A DNA stretch of 64,000 nucleotides, the filler included, from Sphacelaria rigidula (taxonomy: Eukaryota), in the NCBI GenBank assembly GCA_964200075.2. It is 10 parts of 10 records of this genome, joined end to end, with 100 filler letters (N's around TTAATTAATTAA, not from the genome) between each part and the next. Parts side by side here need not be neighbours in the genome. Positions count along the whole stretch, not along the records: positions 25,648 to 31,958 come from CAXNAA020020851.1; positions 32,059 to 38,369 come from CAXNAA020020852.1; 8 more parts are not named here. The stretch is one strand, 5' to 3'. Of the stretch, positions 25,648 through 38,469 are shown in pieces (position 1 is the first letter of the stretch; every line of letters starts with the position of its first letter). The position numbers were made by a program, and so were the translations under genes. The notes beneath the pieces are model-generated. The model was not told the origin of the DNA. It did not search any database and saw only the letters and a program-made list of their open reading frames with translations.

Positions 25648-26868
25648 CTAATCTCGCCGAGCCGCGAATGAGAAAACCAGAGGGAAATACAAGTCGATCT
25701 CGTCTCTTATTTTTTCAAAAATAACAAGCCAGGAGCGCCCATCTCCTAAAATGTCCCCCGTCTCGTATTTTTTTCCCGAGAATTTTGTGAAATAACAACC
25801 GTAAGTAGCCATCTTGTTATTTTCACTCGTTATTTGCAAATAAAGAGAGGAAATAACCAACCGGAAGAAACGGCCTAACTCCTAAAAACGGCGTGAAGTT
25901 TTGCGCGTTTGTGTGATGAACTTTTCCGTGCCACGGTGGAACAGCAAACTACTTGATTTTAGTATGAAAATAGCGTTTTTGGGCCTTCTTTGACGTGGAC
26001 ATCAAAATTCAATCATCAGTTACTCGAGTTTGGCCACGATGCTTTGTAGGGCTCTTCCTTGGGTTATGCGGCGACAGCTCGTTCGCGAAAAATATTAATG
26101 ATAACGAAAAACATGACAGCATCGGTTTTACGGGGTCCCACAATGGAGACGACTTCGAAACATACTACTTGGATCCCGTCGGACCCCAGAAAATGGTGAA
26201 AGAGTAAAAAGTAAAAAAAAAAGTAATTCTTCGAAAGTTGCGTGTTGACCGTAGCACATTTGAGCAACGTTTCAGCGTCCAACTCCTAATAACGCCGTGA
26301 AGTTTTTTGGCGCGTTTGTGCGAGGACGGGTGCTTGAAACGTGCAAACTCCTAATTAGTTGGTTTTGGTATGATTGGGGCAGATTTCACGTCATGGCAAG
26401 AAACACCGGATCAGGTTTTGAGTTTCTCGTCCAAACTTCGTACATGCGTTCCTTGGACTATCGCGGGACACGTCACTTTATTCTTTTTCTTTTGAGGCAT
26501 TTGTACCGCCTTCCGGGGATCTTCACACTGAGATCCTCCGGAAGCCGGTAGAGAACGGAGAAACTTCGGAATATTGTTAAGAATACAACTTTTTCATTTG
26601 GAGCAACAACATCGACGGAACTGTCAAGTTTGAGGGCGATCTGGGCTTTTTTTATAACAGATATGAGGGAAACCGTCACGAGACTCCCTGGATCTCTCGT
26701 GCTTATTATCAGAGGAAATCAGACGACGCCAAAACAACACATTTCCAAAACAACACGGTTTCGGGTATAATTTGACCCAGTAGTGGCCGTTTTCAAGTCT
26801 GTTTTTTTTTTTTTGTTGAAATTTCCGAGCTGATGGCGGTTACTACGATTTGGAGCATCTGAAGATTC

Positions 26869-27151
26869 CACACGTAGGACAGCGCATGAGCTAGCTCATC
26901 TGCAGGCGGCAGCTCACTTGTAGTCAAACATGTACATGTGAGCTACGTCCGATAGCTCAACACAAGGCAAACGTGCGCTGATGAGCTACGGGTTGGTAGC
27001 TCACGTACGGTAAACATGCGTAGCTCATACAGCTTTCATAGCTCACCCCAGGAAAAACATGTGTAGCTCATGTAGCTCTCATAGCTCAGTAGGGAGCTAC
27101 GTTCAAAAAGAGCTAGCTCGAGCTATAGGGAGCTCATCTGTCCGACGTGTG
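26869..27151. mobile_element. 283-bp MITE with 8-bp TSD (hAT/P-like) and an internal AGCT-motif array
   Basis: TIR CACACGT(A/C)GGACAG; perfect TSD GAAGATTC at 26861-26868 and 27152-27159; many TAGCTC/GAGCTA motifs. Confidence 0.85.
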
Positions 27152-27266
27152 GAAGATTCGGTGAAAATTGGGTTTGGGACTCGTAATTTCGGTCTCAGAA
27201 TAATGTTGAAGGGCACCGATTGGTCGAGGTACCTTTTCGCCCGTAGCACCACCAGTATGGCCTCGA

Positions 27267-27368
27267 CCCTTAGCCCGCGATGCAGGTAGTGCATCTGGAT
27301 CACGCACAATGTTTTCAAGTGGAATCGATGCCGATTCAGCAGTTGACCTACCCCTTGCGGTCAAAGGG
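27267..27368 (-). mobile_element. ~100-bp piggyBac-type (CCCT...AGGG) MITE, same family as 56615-56808
   Basis: ATCTGGATCA...TTTTCAAGTG..GATGCCGATTCA matches the reverse complement of 56717-56808; right flank TTAA, left flank TCGA. Confidence 0.7.
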
Positions 27369-27977
27369 TTAATCAAGCACAAATCCGACCAAGTCGTGCG
27401 CTTCAGCTGTCCATGTCGTATGATATCATGTATGCGACTACTGCGTAGACTACGCGAAAGTCATTTGCTGATGACACAATTTCGGGTGATAAGCGTGAAC
27501 CAGCCTGTCGTCCATCTCACCCGCAGGGGGGGGTCGCTGACTAAGGGTTAAGACGTGTGGGTGTAAGGAAGCGTGTGTGACGGATATTTTATTTTCGACC
27601 TCTTCGTCACCGTTGATCTCGATTGTACGACAGATCTTCACTGTTCAATGGGTCTTGATTGGAGGCGACCAACAATAAAGTTCTGGTCGTTTATCTATAG
27701 TTGATTTTTTCGAACAAACTAATGATTACACTAACCCCAACCCTAACCCCGACCCCAGGCGTACGAAACCCTCGGGCAAGGGGGGTTCATAAGTTTCCCG
27801 AGGCAAAGTGTGCGTTGGCAGACCTCAAATCGGAACCGCAGGTGCCGATTCCGACAAAAGCACGTTCTGGACGAGCTGGGTCCATTGCTCACCTGCCCCA
27901 AACTAAAAAAAATATGTCAGAACTTTCTCAAATCTAAGATCAAGTAGTTATCCCTGTCAACCATAGATATACGACTG

Positions 27978-28031
27978 AAGCTTCGAAACCCGTTGTGATC
28001 TCACGCGTAGGTTCGAGTCTTACCGCCGAAG
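27978..28031 (+). pseudogene. tRNA-Ser-like 3' half fragment (pseudo-tRNA or SINE head)
   Basis: TTCGAAA loop, variable-arm-like GTG-ATCT-CAC, T arm GTAGGTTCGAGTCTTAC; no D arm or 5' acceptor strand. Confidence 0.3.
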
Positions 28032-28040
28032 CTAATGTAA

Positions 28041-28230
28041 GGCCGTGTCTTATCTAATTGTTTTCGACTCGAAAACGTACGGTGGAATCGAATTTGCTCG
28101 TACCTGATACGTGCACGGCATTCATGTTCTCAACCATCTGAAAGAATTAATAGCGTGGACGAACCAGAAACGAGCGAATTTGATTCGATCGCACGCTTTC
28201 GACACAAAAATAACTTGATGAGACACGGCC
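28041..28230. mobile_element. 190-bp palindromic MITE with GGCC ends (Harbinger/Tourist-like)
   Basis: GGCCGTGTCTTATC vs GATGAGACACGGCC, with internal arm pairing (AATCGAATTTGCTCG vs CGAGCGAATTTGATT); TAA on the left only. Confidence 0.55.
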
Positions 28231-28824
28231 TGGGACAGGCCTGCGGACAACGGGCGTGACTTATCTGACCCGGACCGTGGGTGGGTGTAGGTTGTAGCTT
28301 CTAACTCGGTGGAAGGGTATTGAGTGTGCGGAGCCGCGACGTGGACTTGAACGGGACGGACTTTGCAAGGCAGGGCTTGGGTTGGAACTCAGAGTGGCCC
28401 GGGTGTGTTGGGGCTCCTGACGGGGAGCCTCCCAGTAGGCATTATGACGAGCCCAGACTGGGGATTGGAGGATGACAGCCCCAGGGTGACAGGCCCGGGA
28501 CGACGGTCCGGTTTTACTAGCCCCGAGTTATTATTATTAGTAAGCGGTTCGGGTCATACTGCTTGATTGGGCATCCGTAGCACCCAGGCCCCATTTGAGA
28601 ACACACGAGGCTACGATACAGCATTCATCCGCAGCTCGCACAACATCCCCGTGTAGGCTGGTCTAGGTGAGAAGAAGTCACGCCGGATCGTGCCGCATGA
28701 ACGACAGATTGTGTCACACGAGAAGAAAACGCGCGGAAAAGTCATGCCGCCGTCTGAAATCACTGGTCACCAAAATGTCCGAGGGAGTCTTGCCGTACCA
28801 CAATCGATGGTTGGGGGAAAGATG

Positions 28825-29089
28825 CACGGTTCGGATAAATCATCCCCGAATCGAGTCACCAAACCCACGATTCTTCAGACCTGATTGCTCAACAAAGAGA
28901 CAAAAAATGTACCGGTAGCCAAAAAGATCTCCACGCAATTTTTGCGCCATTCCACCCACGTGCCTGGGCTGCGCGTACCTGGGGGTTGCAACGCTGCAAA
29001 AAAAGCCCAAGGATTGATTCGTACGGTACGAATCAATCACACTAACGTCAAGTAAGTTCGAGACGAATCATTCACTCGTCCGACCCGTG
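28825..29089. mobile_element. 265-bp MITE with 8-bp TSD (hAT/P-like)
   Basis: Ends CACGGTTCGGA...GTCCGACCCGTG; perfect TSD GAAAGATG at 28817-28824 and 29090-29097; second copy at 43757-44014. Confidence 0.85.
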
Positions 29090-29386
29090 GAAAGATGTGC
29101 AATCAATGAAGGCGATTAGTGATTCGTGCCCGTCCGAGCCAAGAGCGGGGGAAAAAACACGCGAAAGAGTCGTGCCGGACGAGCAACCGGCCGGAGGGAT
29201 GTGCATGTACTATTGATTCGCTCCGTGCGGAATCAATCAAGCGTGCCCTTCAAAACTAGGGTGATATGTTTCTGCGCAAAAGTGCACGCCCTGGACAATA
29301 GATTCCATTGTCAAACAGTGTACTAACTGGGTACAGTATCGACTATTGCGTCTACTGCAATCAACAGTACAGTAGTGGGCGGTCCA

Positions 29387-29951
29387 ACTATTCATTTTGT
29401 GGCATTTTGTAATTTTTTCGTGATCGGCGATTTTTTCGGTCTCTTTTCGCTCGCCACCCCTCATCACGTCGGAGATCTGAAGATATTTGATCTCCACATT
29501 CCAAGAAGAAAAAATCTTCTGTAGTCAATATTGAGTGACTTACAGGCTGATCGGTCATCGGGGGTCCTGCCACATTTCAGCCCAGATTCTTACTCTTCTG
29601 TATTTTTTCCAGGCATGGGATTCATGTTTCGATGGGAACACGTCGCCGGCGCGGAAACTCATATATCGAATGAAGACTCTGGTCAAAGGGTTCTCCAGCG
29701 TAGATATTTCGATTGGTGGCGGGACTAACTGTTCATTTTGTGACATGTTGTGATTTTTTCGTAATTAGCGATTTTCTTCGGCATTTTCCACTCGCCACCG
29801 CTCATCACATCGGAAATCGAAAGATAATTTTATCCGCTCCACATTCCAGGAAGAAAAAATCATATGCACTCAATATTGAGCGACTTGCGGGCTGAGCGGT
29901 CATCGGGGGTCCTGCAACGGTTCAGCTCAGATTCTTACTTTTCTGTATTTT
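29387..29951 (+). repeat. Diverged ~220-bp direct repeat, period ~341 bp
   Basis: TTCATTTTGTG...CTCGCCACC..CTCATCAC...CAATATTGAG...CGGTCATCGGGGGTCCTGC...CAGATTCTTACT at ~29387 and ~29728. Confidence 0.75.
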
Positions 29952-30930
29952 CGGTCATTTGAGCTCGTCCTGATCATATTTGTAAAGAAATGTAAAGTTT
30001 GTATATTTGAGAAATTCTGCCTACTCAGTTCACTAGGGCCGAAAAACTGTGTTTCACGGTCAATAACACCTTCCTGATAAACGGGGTATTTACTCGTTTC
30101 GCCCGATAACACCAACCAACACTGACTGGGGCACTCTGTTTCGAACATCATCTGTTTTGCTGTACCAAAATCTACCGACGCTCGCAATTTTGAATTCTAT
30201 CGAAGAGTAGTACGCGAGGAAAAACCCCTACACACCCCGAAATAGTTAGACAGCCCACTACTGTAGCTCATTGTCCACAACAACACAGCGAGATATACAT
30301 CGCAGAGGGTTTTTCGTTTTCGTTTTTTACCGCGACGTGACGTGACCACTGCGGCGACCATCGGCGAGAAGCCTGTAACTTCGTACAGATGTTGCACCGA
30401 AGAAAACTGGGTGACCGTTGACTTATTGTTTTTTCCAGTGCATTTTGCGCGGGTTTCTGTTTTCCCTGCCTTGGGTTCGTCTCGGCAAAAACAACCTAAT
30501 CGGGTCAAGTTTCATATCTTTCTCTGCCACCCGAAAAAAAATCGCCCACCCCTGTATCCTGAAAGGGCGGATAACGAGACGGCATACTCGTCGTACTTTT
30601 GTCTGGTCATTTGTTCCCTTACGAAAAAGTTGTGACATACCGGGTTTCACACTGTATGCGCGAGCTCGCAGGGAGAAAATAAAAAAAGAGATGAGAGCAG
30701 GCGGGAATCCGACCCGTACTCGACGGATACAACTGCGGATTCCCCAGATCCCCGTGTCTTTTTTCTAATCATCGGATAAATCCGAATCCGAATTCGGATA
30801 TGTCGATTTGAAGCCGGCGGATTCGCGGATTTCGCAGATTTTCGAGATTGTCAGCACGTGACTCCCGGGATTGAGGAGCACAGTTTTGTACAGCACATTG
30901 TAGTCAAGTAGTCAGGCTCTTATAATAGTC

Positions 30931-31102
30931 CACACATTGGACAATATATGGTCAATAGTTGCAATAGACAAGAAACGTACTGCATGGAGTACGGGCCTAT
31001 TGCGACTATTGCCGGCCGGCAATAGTTGCAATAGGCCTACGTACTTCATGCAGTACACTTCTCGTCTCTTGCATCTATTGACCATATATTGTCCAAGGTG
31101 TG
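30931..31102. mobile_element. 172-bp palindromic MITE with CAC ends, degenerate 8-bp TSD and CAATAG motifs
   Basis: CACAC(A/C)TTGGACAATATATGGTCAATAG arms around GCCGGCCGGC (31011-31020); flanks TAATAGTC and CACTAGTC (6/8). Confidence 0.75.
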
Positions 31103-31476
31103 CACTAGTCAAAAGAAAGCGCTCTTTGTCAGGATAACATTGACGACTGTCGACGACGGTGCGAGCGAATGATATGCACACGTCAAAGCAACGCAGAACC
31201 GGCAGAGGCTGTAAGGACCTCGTGGTGTCGAGCAAGAGCAGACTCTGGCATACCGGTGTGCAGATTCGCTGGTTTGGCACGTTGTCCCGGTCATGCGAGA
31301 ACGATCGTAAATATTTTATATTGCGGAGCACAACAGACAGCCGTCATCAAGAATGCATGGACGGTTCGAAGCAGTCGGACTGTGTGTGCTTTGGACTATT
31401 CACTTCGGGTTAGGGCGCGGTTAAATGTAACGGTATGTCGTTGCCCTTTGTGTGGCTCTCATAACGAGGATAGAGT

Positions 31477-31640
31477 TGGTTGATCGACTGGTTGTCGCAC
31501 ATTAGCTGACCCCCCAGGGATCCAACCGTGGTCACATTATAGACGTATCCGAGATAAAAGCAAGACAGAAACACTCTCTGGAGGAGAGTGAAGAAGACAG
31601 GAAGGTGGTACAGACACAAAGAGTAGAATGAAAAAAAAAG
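31477..31640 (-). mobile_element. Dispersed copy of the LINE 3' tail
   Basis: Reverse complement reads ...GATACGTCTAT..GACCACGGTTGGATCCCTGG...GTGCGACAACCAGTCGATCAACC. Confidence 0.65.
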
Positions 31641-31872
31641 AAAAGAACAAAATAACCAAACCGAACACCCAAAAAATCAACCGAGCGAAGACGAAAAAAG
31701 AGGGTACACCACCAAAATCATGGCGAACCGTTGCCGATGCACCGATGTGTATGTACAGTACGAGCTGGGACGCCCAAGATGCAAACAGGAATATTGACAC
31801 GCGAGTCCCGGGCTCAACTTTGAGTCGTTTTCTGCGAAAGTTTGACACGTTTTGCAGGACGTGTGTGCGAAG

Positions 31873-31908
<36 letters not shown>

Positions 31909-31958
31909 TTCTCCTTTTTTCTTCGTTTTTTTTTTTTTTTTTTTTTGTTTTTTTAGTT

Positions 31959-32058
31959 NNNNNNNNNNNNNNNNNNNNNNNNNNNNNNNNNNNNNNNNNN
32001 NNTTAATTAATTAANNNNNNNNNNNNNNNNNNNNNNNNNNNNNNNNNNNNNNNNNNNN
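31959..32058. other. Artificial contig linker
   Basis: N44-TTAATTAATTAA-N44. Confidence 0.98.
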
Positions 32059-32592
32059 AGACACCTCCAACATTCTGGCGCTCACTGCGTTTTTCAAAAG
32101 CTCCTTACGTTTCTTCCATACATTACACAGAAACCTTTTTACGGTTGAGGAGAGGGGAGGGGGAAACAGGGTACTGAGTGCTCCTGTGTTGGCGTGAGTG
32201 CTGTGTCGGTGCTTGGCGAGTACGGTACCTTACTGTAGGTGTTTTCTTTTGCATTCGCTAGTTTATTACGCTCAGCAACGAAAAAGCAAACGTTGAGTAC
32301 CGCGATATCGACACAACTCCTCTCCGTATGTTCGAAGAGGATACTACACGGGCAAAAGCTGCGAACCTGCGGTAACCGTCACTTCCCAGCCAAAAAAACT
32401 GCTCCGCAGGTTTTGCGCGAGTAAGAGACTGAACTGTTGCTTCGTCTATTCACCCTGGGGTGGTCTTATGACTACAGCATGCAAGATCTTGAGTATACCC
32501 CCCTCTCCTCCCCCTGTTTATTTGATCACAGTCCTATTTTTTTTTGCGTTTCCACGCTTAGTTTCATCCCGGAAATGACCGCACTTTCGCAG

Positions 32593-35441
32593 GGTACAGC
32601 ATCGCTGTCGACAGCAGGGAGAAGCCCTCGACCCTACCGGGACGATCATGTCCCTGTTCCGCTATCCTCACGACTCTAGCGGAGCACCTTGTGATCGCAA
32701 CCGACTGGGCTTGAGGGGCAGAAGGAGAGGGAAGGTAAGTTGGACGTTGCCGGTCGTGCTCCCATATGGCGTCAGCCGGAGTTTTTTTCCTCCGGTGACA
32801 TTTTGGTCGATACTACGAGTGTATGTACACACGCCAAGCTCTTGATTGATGTGGAACTGGATCCTGCCTCGCTATGGTTGAAAACATATTTTCAGACTGC
32901 AGCCCTCTGTACGTACACCCATGCCTTCTGTTCCGATATTTTGTCTGTAGACCGTCCCGCGAGTTGGTGGTGAATGACTTTGTAAGCGTTGACACACGCT
33001 AGAAGAACACGGGCGGTTAATACAGGTCTTGCCGAAAAAAGCAGGGAGGGATACGTGACACACGTGACACATTTGAAAAATCGGAAAAAACGTAACTTTG
33101 GGCCATTTAACGCTACGTAAGGTTTGATTTTTTGAACGAGACAAAATGCAACGTAACGTGATGGAAGATGTGAACCTTAAAGCAGTGTCTCTTGGTGTTT
33201 TCCAGATGTAAAAAAAAACTGTTTTCGTGAATTTTCAACGTGACACGTGACACGTTACATATTCACGAAAACAAGCAGAGTTTTCGTCACATTTGGAAAG
33301 TAAAACGCAATGTTATGGTTCATGCGAAGGACCACACGTTACATCACGTTACGTTACATGTGTCCCATCCAAAAAATCAAATCTTACGTAGCGTTAAATT
33401 ACATAAAGTGACGTGTCTCCGAATGTGTCACGTTAAAACGTCACGTGTCACGCATCCCTCCCCAGAAAAAAGGCTTCTGGTGAATTGCCGTCCATAACAT
33501 ATTCGCCGCCATGATCGAAGGAGAAGGGTGCACGTTTGTTTCGTATGTTGATGTATCATTCGGCTATGCGCGCTTGAATCTCCGTGCAAGCACGGCCACA
33601 TGCGCAGCAAGCGCGATCACCACTGTTTTCCTGCTGTCCTGAGAGGGACAATATCCCGCTGCTAGCCGCGGCCTCTGCACGAAGAACTACGGCGTGCGGT
33701 GTATGTTTGGCGACGCTCTTTTGTTTGTAGTCGTTGTCTTTTCACAAAAAATGACTTTTCTGACCCCCCCCCATCTGAAAATCCTGCCCGTTTTACCGAC
33801 CAACTAGGGACCCGGGCCGGGCGGTCGAACCTTTAAACCTTGACTGGAAATGGTGATTTGTAGTCCAATGTGTGTTTGTGCGACTGTTCTGTGACTTGTT
33901 TTGATTGTGGGATTACTCTTGCAGTAAAGATCCCGGAATCGTCGCACTCGAGGGGTTCGCAGGCCGACTGAATATACGAGATACTCACTGCTTGGCCATC
34001 CTACATAAATGAATTGTCCATCATCCGATGTACATGGTGCGCATCTCACCTTGAAATTTCTGGTGGAGCGTCCAATGTCCGTACAAATCCCCACCTTCTG
34101 TCTTGTCCAATCGTAAGAGTGGATGTAGCACGTGACCACTACGCATGTGTCGTATTCTATATACAGTTTTTACAAGTGCGTCCACATTGCATTCGAATGG
34201 TCGGTCACGGAATTCAACACGGGGATACAGCAGTGAACTGCTGGACCATAATCTGCAAAGGTGGAAAGGTAGATTATGCGGGCACCTACCGATGGTCAGC
34301 ACGGTACAGCACAGATTATACGCTATTTCCAGTACATATGTAGGGATAGGAGGGAGACACCAGCGATTGTACACCATTGCAACAGTGATCCTGTATTCCG
34401 TCTCTGAAGCCGCATATTTTTTTCATGATGATTGCAAATAGTTACTGCAGCGTTTGTCGGCACAGCACAGTAGCGTACGGTCAAGTTGACAGCCAACGCC
34501 TCCCCAGTCTCCAACCCTGCGCGGATTCCACGTTCGCCGTGGCGGCAGTTTTATTTTCGTTTTTTCATCCCTCCGCCCCCCGGGGTGCATATAGTATCTT
34601 GGAACACACTGAAATTGGTCAAAGTACGCCACTCTATTTTCCCAATAGGATATAAACGCCAAGAAACTTTCTGATGTTGTTTGATCTTCACCGCCGCACT
34701 CGGGTCATGTCTCTACTCTACTCTACCCTACCCCACCCTACTCGGTGAGTGTTCTGCTCCCACAGTGCCATTCCATGCCCCCGTCCCCTGTGCCCTCATG
34801 ACATACATTCCCACAAACAATTGACTGTGCTCTTGGGAATATGTCGCACGAGCAGTCCAATATATTTGTGGGGTCAGGAACCGATTCAGAGGTAAACGGG
34901 GGCCATGAGGAACGGCGCGAGTCCCAGGGAGGGTCCCAGGACGGCAGTGCCGAACGAGGCGTGGGTCCAAGGAGCACAGTTTTAGTCAACGGGGAACATG
35001 AGACTGACGGATTAGGACTAGAGGACTATGAGGCGGACCAATCAGAGCTCGAGGAGAATGAGGATAAAGAACGGGAGCTTTTCCCGCGAGATCGGCGGGA
35101 GTTCGACGCCGCTTGGAGGTCGGTTCATGTATGTGCATGTGTTGCCACGCGCCAGCGTGATGACGCTTGCTTTAACCATTTTTCGGGTGATACGCATCTC
35201 TCACTTGTCTTGGAATTATTGGCACAGCAGTGGTTTTGGTTTGATGATGATGGCTTTTGTGTCATTGTTTTTCTCCTGCTCCACCCTTCTGAACGTTCAC
35301 CTGTTTTTTTTTTTTCTCACAGTCGACCGACTTGTTGCCGATTCCGTGGGAGCTCCACCTGAAATCGAAAGAAGCGACAAGAAAAGCGAAGCCAAGAAAA
35401 GAAGGCGGGAGGAGAAGAAAAGTCGGGGGAAATCTGCGTGA
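32593..35441 (+). CDS. Candidate exons of an unknown, possibly disabled gene (32593-32734; ~34855-35118; 35323-35441)
   Basis: TTTCGCAG| ... AAG|GTAAGT bounded open segment; acidic E/D-rich stretch; strong T-run CAG acceptor before a Lys/Arg-rich terminal segment; frames do not join cleanly. Confidence 0.25.
33044..33462. mobile_element. 419-bp palindromic MITE with GGGAGGG ends, rich in ACGT/CACGTG
   Basis: GGGAGGGATACGTGACAC vs GTGTCACGCATCCCTCCC; inner arms TTTAACGCTACGTAAG(G/A)TTTGATTTTTTG; possible 2-bp TSD CA. Confidence 0.75.
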
Positions 35442-35569
35442 TTCCACAGTCGCGTCATAGCGAAGGCACTTGCACGCGTATTTTTCTAGTGTATATGTGG
35501 GTTGGAGAGTGCCAAGGATACGACCGGCCTTCATATGTGTTATGTGATTATACCCGTTTCTTCGAGCTT

Positions 35570-35702
35570 TTCTGCTCCTTCGTTTTCTTCAACGAGTGCT
35601 TCAGCTTTTTCTTTTCTTGGGTACGTCTATCATGCGACCACGGCTGGACCCATGGGTGTTCAGTTAAAGTGCGACAATCAATCAGTCAAGTCAATCAATC
35701 AA
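35570..35702 (+). mobile_element. Dispersed copy of the LINE 3' tail
   Basis: GAGTGCTTCAG..CTTGGGTACGTCTATCATGCGACCAC...GTGCGACAATCAATC. Confidence 0.7.
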
Positions 35703-36669
35703 GCAGCCATGTCCTCCGGCAATATACACGAGGAGACAGCTGTTTGCCGCGACATCAACATTCCAATGTCTCAGACCAAGGGACGTATTGCGTACGACCA
35801 GGGTTCCTCTGACGGCGGCCGTGCTACGAAGCGCCGTTGAGAGCACTTGTGATTGCCATGCAGATACGCGATAGTTCAAGAATATAATACGAGACTGATA
35901 TCCGAACACCCCGGCTTTTCGTATCCCCTCATTATTAGTACACGTCATTGTCCGAACTCGATTATGTGGAGCAACTCGGGCACCCTGAGCTCGTTCCAGT
36001 GACCGTGCCTGCGGACCTCGGCACAGACCCATGCACCCAAGTATTTGCTGGGGCCGCGACTCGTATTTTGGGAGGTGAATCGGGGTGATCTGATGGAAGA
36101 TGAGGAATGCGTTCAAATTAGAGAGGTGGTATCACTGAAAAGAAGAGGTGTTCCTGTCGACAGTTTTCGATGGGTTCTCCCCATCAACGCAGCTGTCGGT
36201 GTCACGAGGGTTTGTTGTTGAAATCAAGTGTGGAAAATGATGTCATGGCGTCCCATACACATACCCTGGTATTTTGCGGTAGGCGGGGAAACAAGCACGC
36301 TGCCGCTCGTTACTTTCCGCTGCAATGCGTCGCGTTATCATGGAGAATTTGTTTTGTGGCATAAGATGACGTTTAGATCAATGAATTATTTATCGAATAA
36401 GCGGTTGATGGATTTGTCTTGTTTCGTGTTCTCGTGTTTTCATTTTTGTTCTGGTGGCGCGTGCATGCAGTCGAGCGGCCGCGACCGTGCATGAAGAGGA
36501 ACGCAACAGGAACATGGACTCCCTCGACACCGTCTACGCGAACATGCCGCAGATTCAGGCAAGAGAAGCGGGCGCTTCGGGTCTTCATGTGTGTTCGTTG
36601 CGTCTTCGCTGGCATGTGTGTTGATTTTGGTGTCGATGTTAGGTTTAAGTTTAGTTTTGTGTTGTAGTC

Positions 36670-36860
36670 ACCGTCGTCGTCGTCGTCATTCTTGTGAGGA
36701 TGATGAACAGGATGATGAATAGGATAGTGATGAGGAGGATGATGATGAACACGATGGTGATGAGGAGGATGATGGTAAATACGATGATAATGACGATGAC
36801 TGCGACGACGATGAGAAGGATGGTGAAGGCGATGATGATGATGATGATGATGGTGATGAC
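36670..36860. repeat. Degenerate (GAT)n/(GAC)n microsatellite
   Basis: Runs of gatgatgatg; explains the poly-His/Ile/Ser/Met ORFs in the track. Confidence 0.9.
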
Positions 36861-36946
36861 CTGGCCCGGGGTATTGTTGTTGCTGCGACTGCCTGGGTCG
36901 TGATCGCACGTTGAAAAACCGTCGAAAAATCCGAAAGTGAAACCCG

Positions 36947-37243
36947 CATGATGATGAGACACCCATGAGGCAGTTTATTAGAGGTGACTGTCTCAGGAAG
37001 TGGCGATACCAGAAAAGAAAGCAACTCGTTGTGAGCTGTCATCCAAATGCAGATAATTAGTAGGCTTCGGGCCGAACAATCTTAGCNNNNNNNNNNTCGC
37101 CGAACACACCCCGGCGCTTCGCGCTTGGTGATTAAGTGCGAGCCTGGTCCAGCGAAAACTCGGCGTGCTCTGTCCCGACTTTGTAGGGATGTGAGGTCTA
37201 TGGTCTGATGACTATGGCACGCATGATCATGAGTACACTCCCA
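36947..37243 (-). repeat. Repeat family A, complete short form with an internal 10-N gap
   Basis: Reverse complement GGAGTGTACTCATGATCATGC...CATGGGTGTCTCATCATCAT. Confidence 0.8.
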
Positions 37244-38369
37244 TGAGGGACTGGAACCGCGCTACTATCAGCTTGCGTCTGTTTCACAGATGCGCCTACC
37301 GTACTTTTAAAGTGTTGCTGTTGGTGGTAGTGGTGCAGCTTTCGATGTTTTATTCCCGAACGTCAGTGCCGCTTGACGTCGCCTCCAACTACTAACTATT
37401 TCCCTCGAACTTGGAAGACCGATTGAGACAACAAGTGCAACCCACACGAGGTACTTGATCGATACTGTATCATATCGGGTTCGGCCATTTCCTTGATCAT
37501 CATGTTGTTTGGCATGCTGTCGGATATTTTCCCCTTCATCTCATGCGTACTCTTTCTCTCATGCGTACTCTTTCTCTCATGCGCTCCTTGTTTTCATCAT
37601 TAACTGGGCGGTTATTTCGGTTCATGCTGATTCTACGAAGCTGCCCGCACATCAATAATTGTCTTCACAGCGAATCCCTACTCAATACATTTATATATAT
37701 ATATATGCTCCGGTACATCCAGTTGTATTGTTCGCCGTGTTTTCTGTTGTGTTCCAAAATATACACAGAAGCATATGCAGCTCTTGTCTGGAACAGATGG
37801 CGTCGGCACTGGATATGAGGACGTCCAAGTTGGATTCTACAGGGTAAGTCATGCTCCATCGTTCACGATTCGAGCGTGGGTATGACTCTGAGGATGAACC
37901 TGCTCTTTGAGTTCGTTCTTGGGACCGGAGTTCAAACTTCAGACCAGTTGCGAGAGCGTGGCTGGCTGTTGAAGCTGGTCCTCGTATTTTTGGAGGGTTT
38001 GCGTTTACGGTGACATACGGAATACAAAATATGGGCCTTTGAATATATATCGAAAACGGCGAAATTTCCAGCACTGGAACATGATTGAGAGATCGATCAG
38101 ATATCGTGTTTTCTGGGGTAAGAACAGGCATGTGCTTGTTTTTGTTGATTCTAATGCATGAATGTAGCGAGGAAGAACAGAAAAAAGGTTTTGACCGACG
38201 GTCGGTGATGCCGTTTGTTTTTCTTGAACACATGAACCGGTCACTCACAGTCTCGCTTTTGTCGGCTTTTTGGCAAAATATCCTGAGTTGGAAGCTGAGG
38301 ACCGACGCCCGGATGGGTAGGGTGACTCGTGTACAGAGTGGAGCTAGGGGACATTGTAGGAGGTTTGGT

Positions 38370-38469
38370 NNNNNNNNNNNNNNNNNNNNNNNNNNNNNNN
38401 NNNNNNNNNNNNNTTAATTAATTAANNNNNNNNNNNNNNNNNNNNNNNNNNNNNNNNNNNNNNNNNNNN
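38370..38469. other. Artificial contig linker
   Basis: N44-TTAATTAATTAA-N44. Confidence 0.98.

Noticed and set aside
28266..28556. TGACCCG(G/A)ACCG inverted pair as a MITE
   Set aside because: Only ~12 bp, no TSD and no second copy in the window.
36373..37042. Poly-His/Ser/Ile/Met ORFs
   Set aside because: Translations of a (GAT)n microsatellite plus repeat family A.
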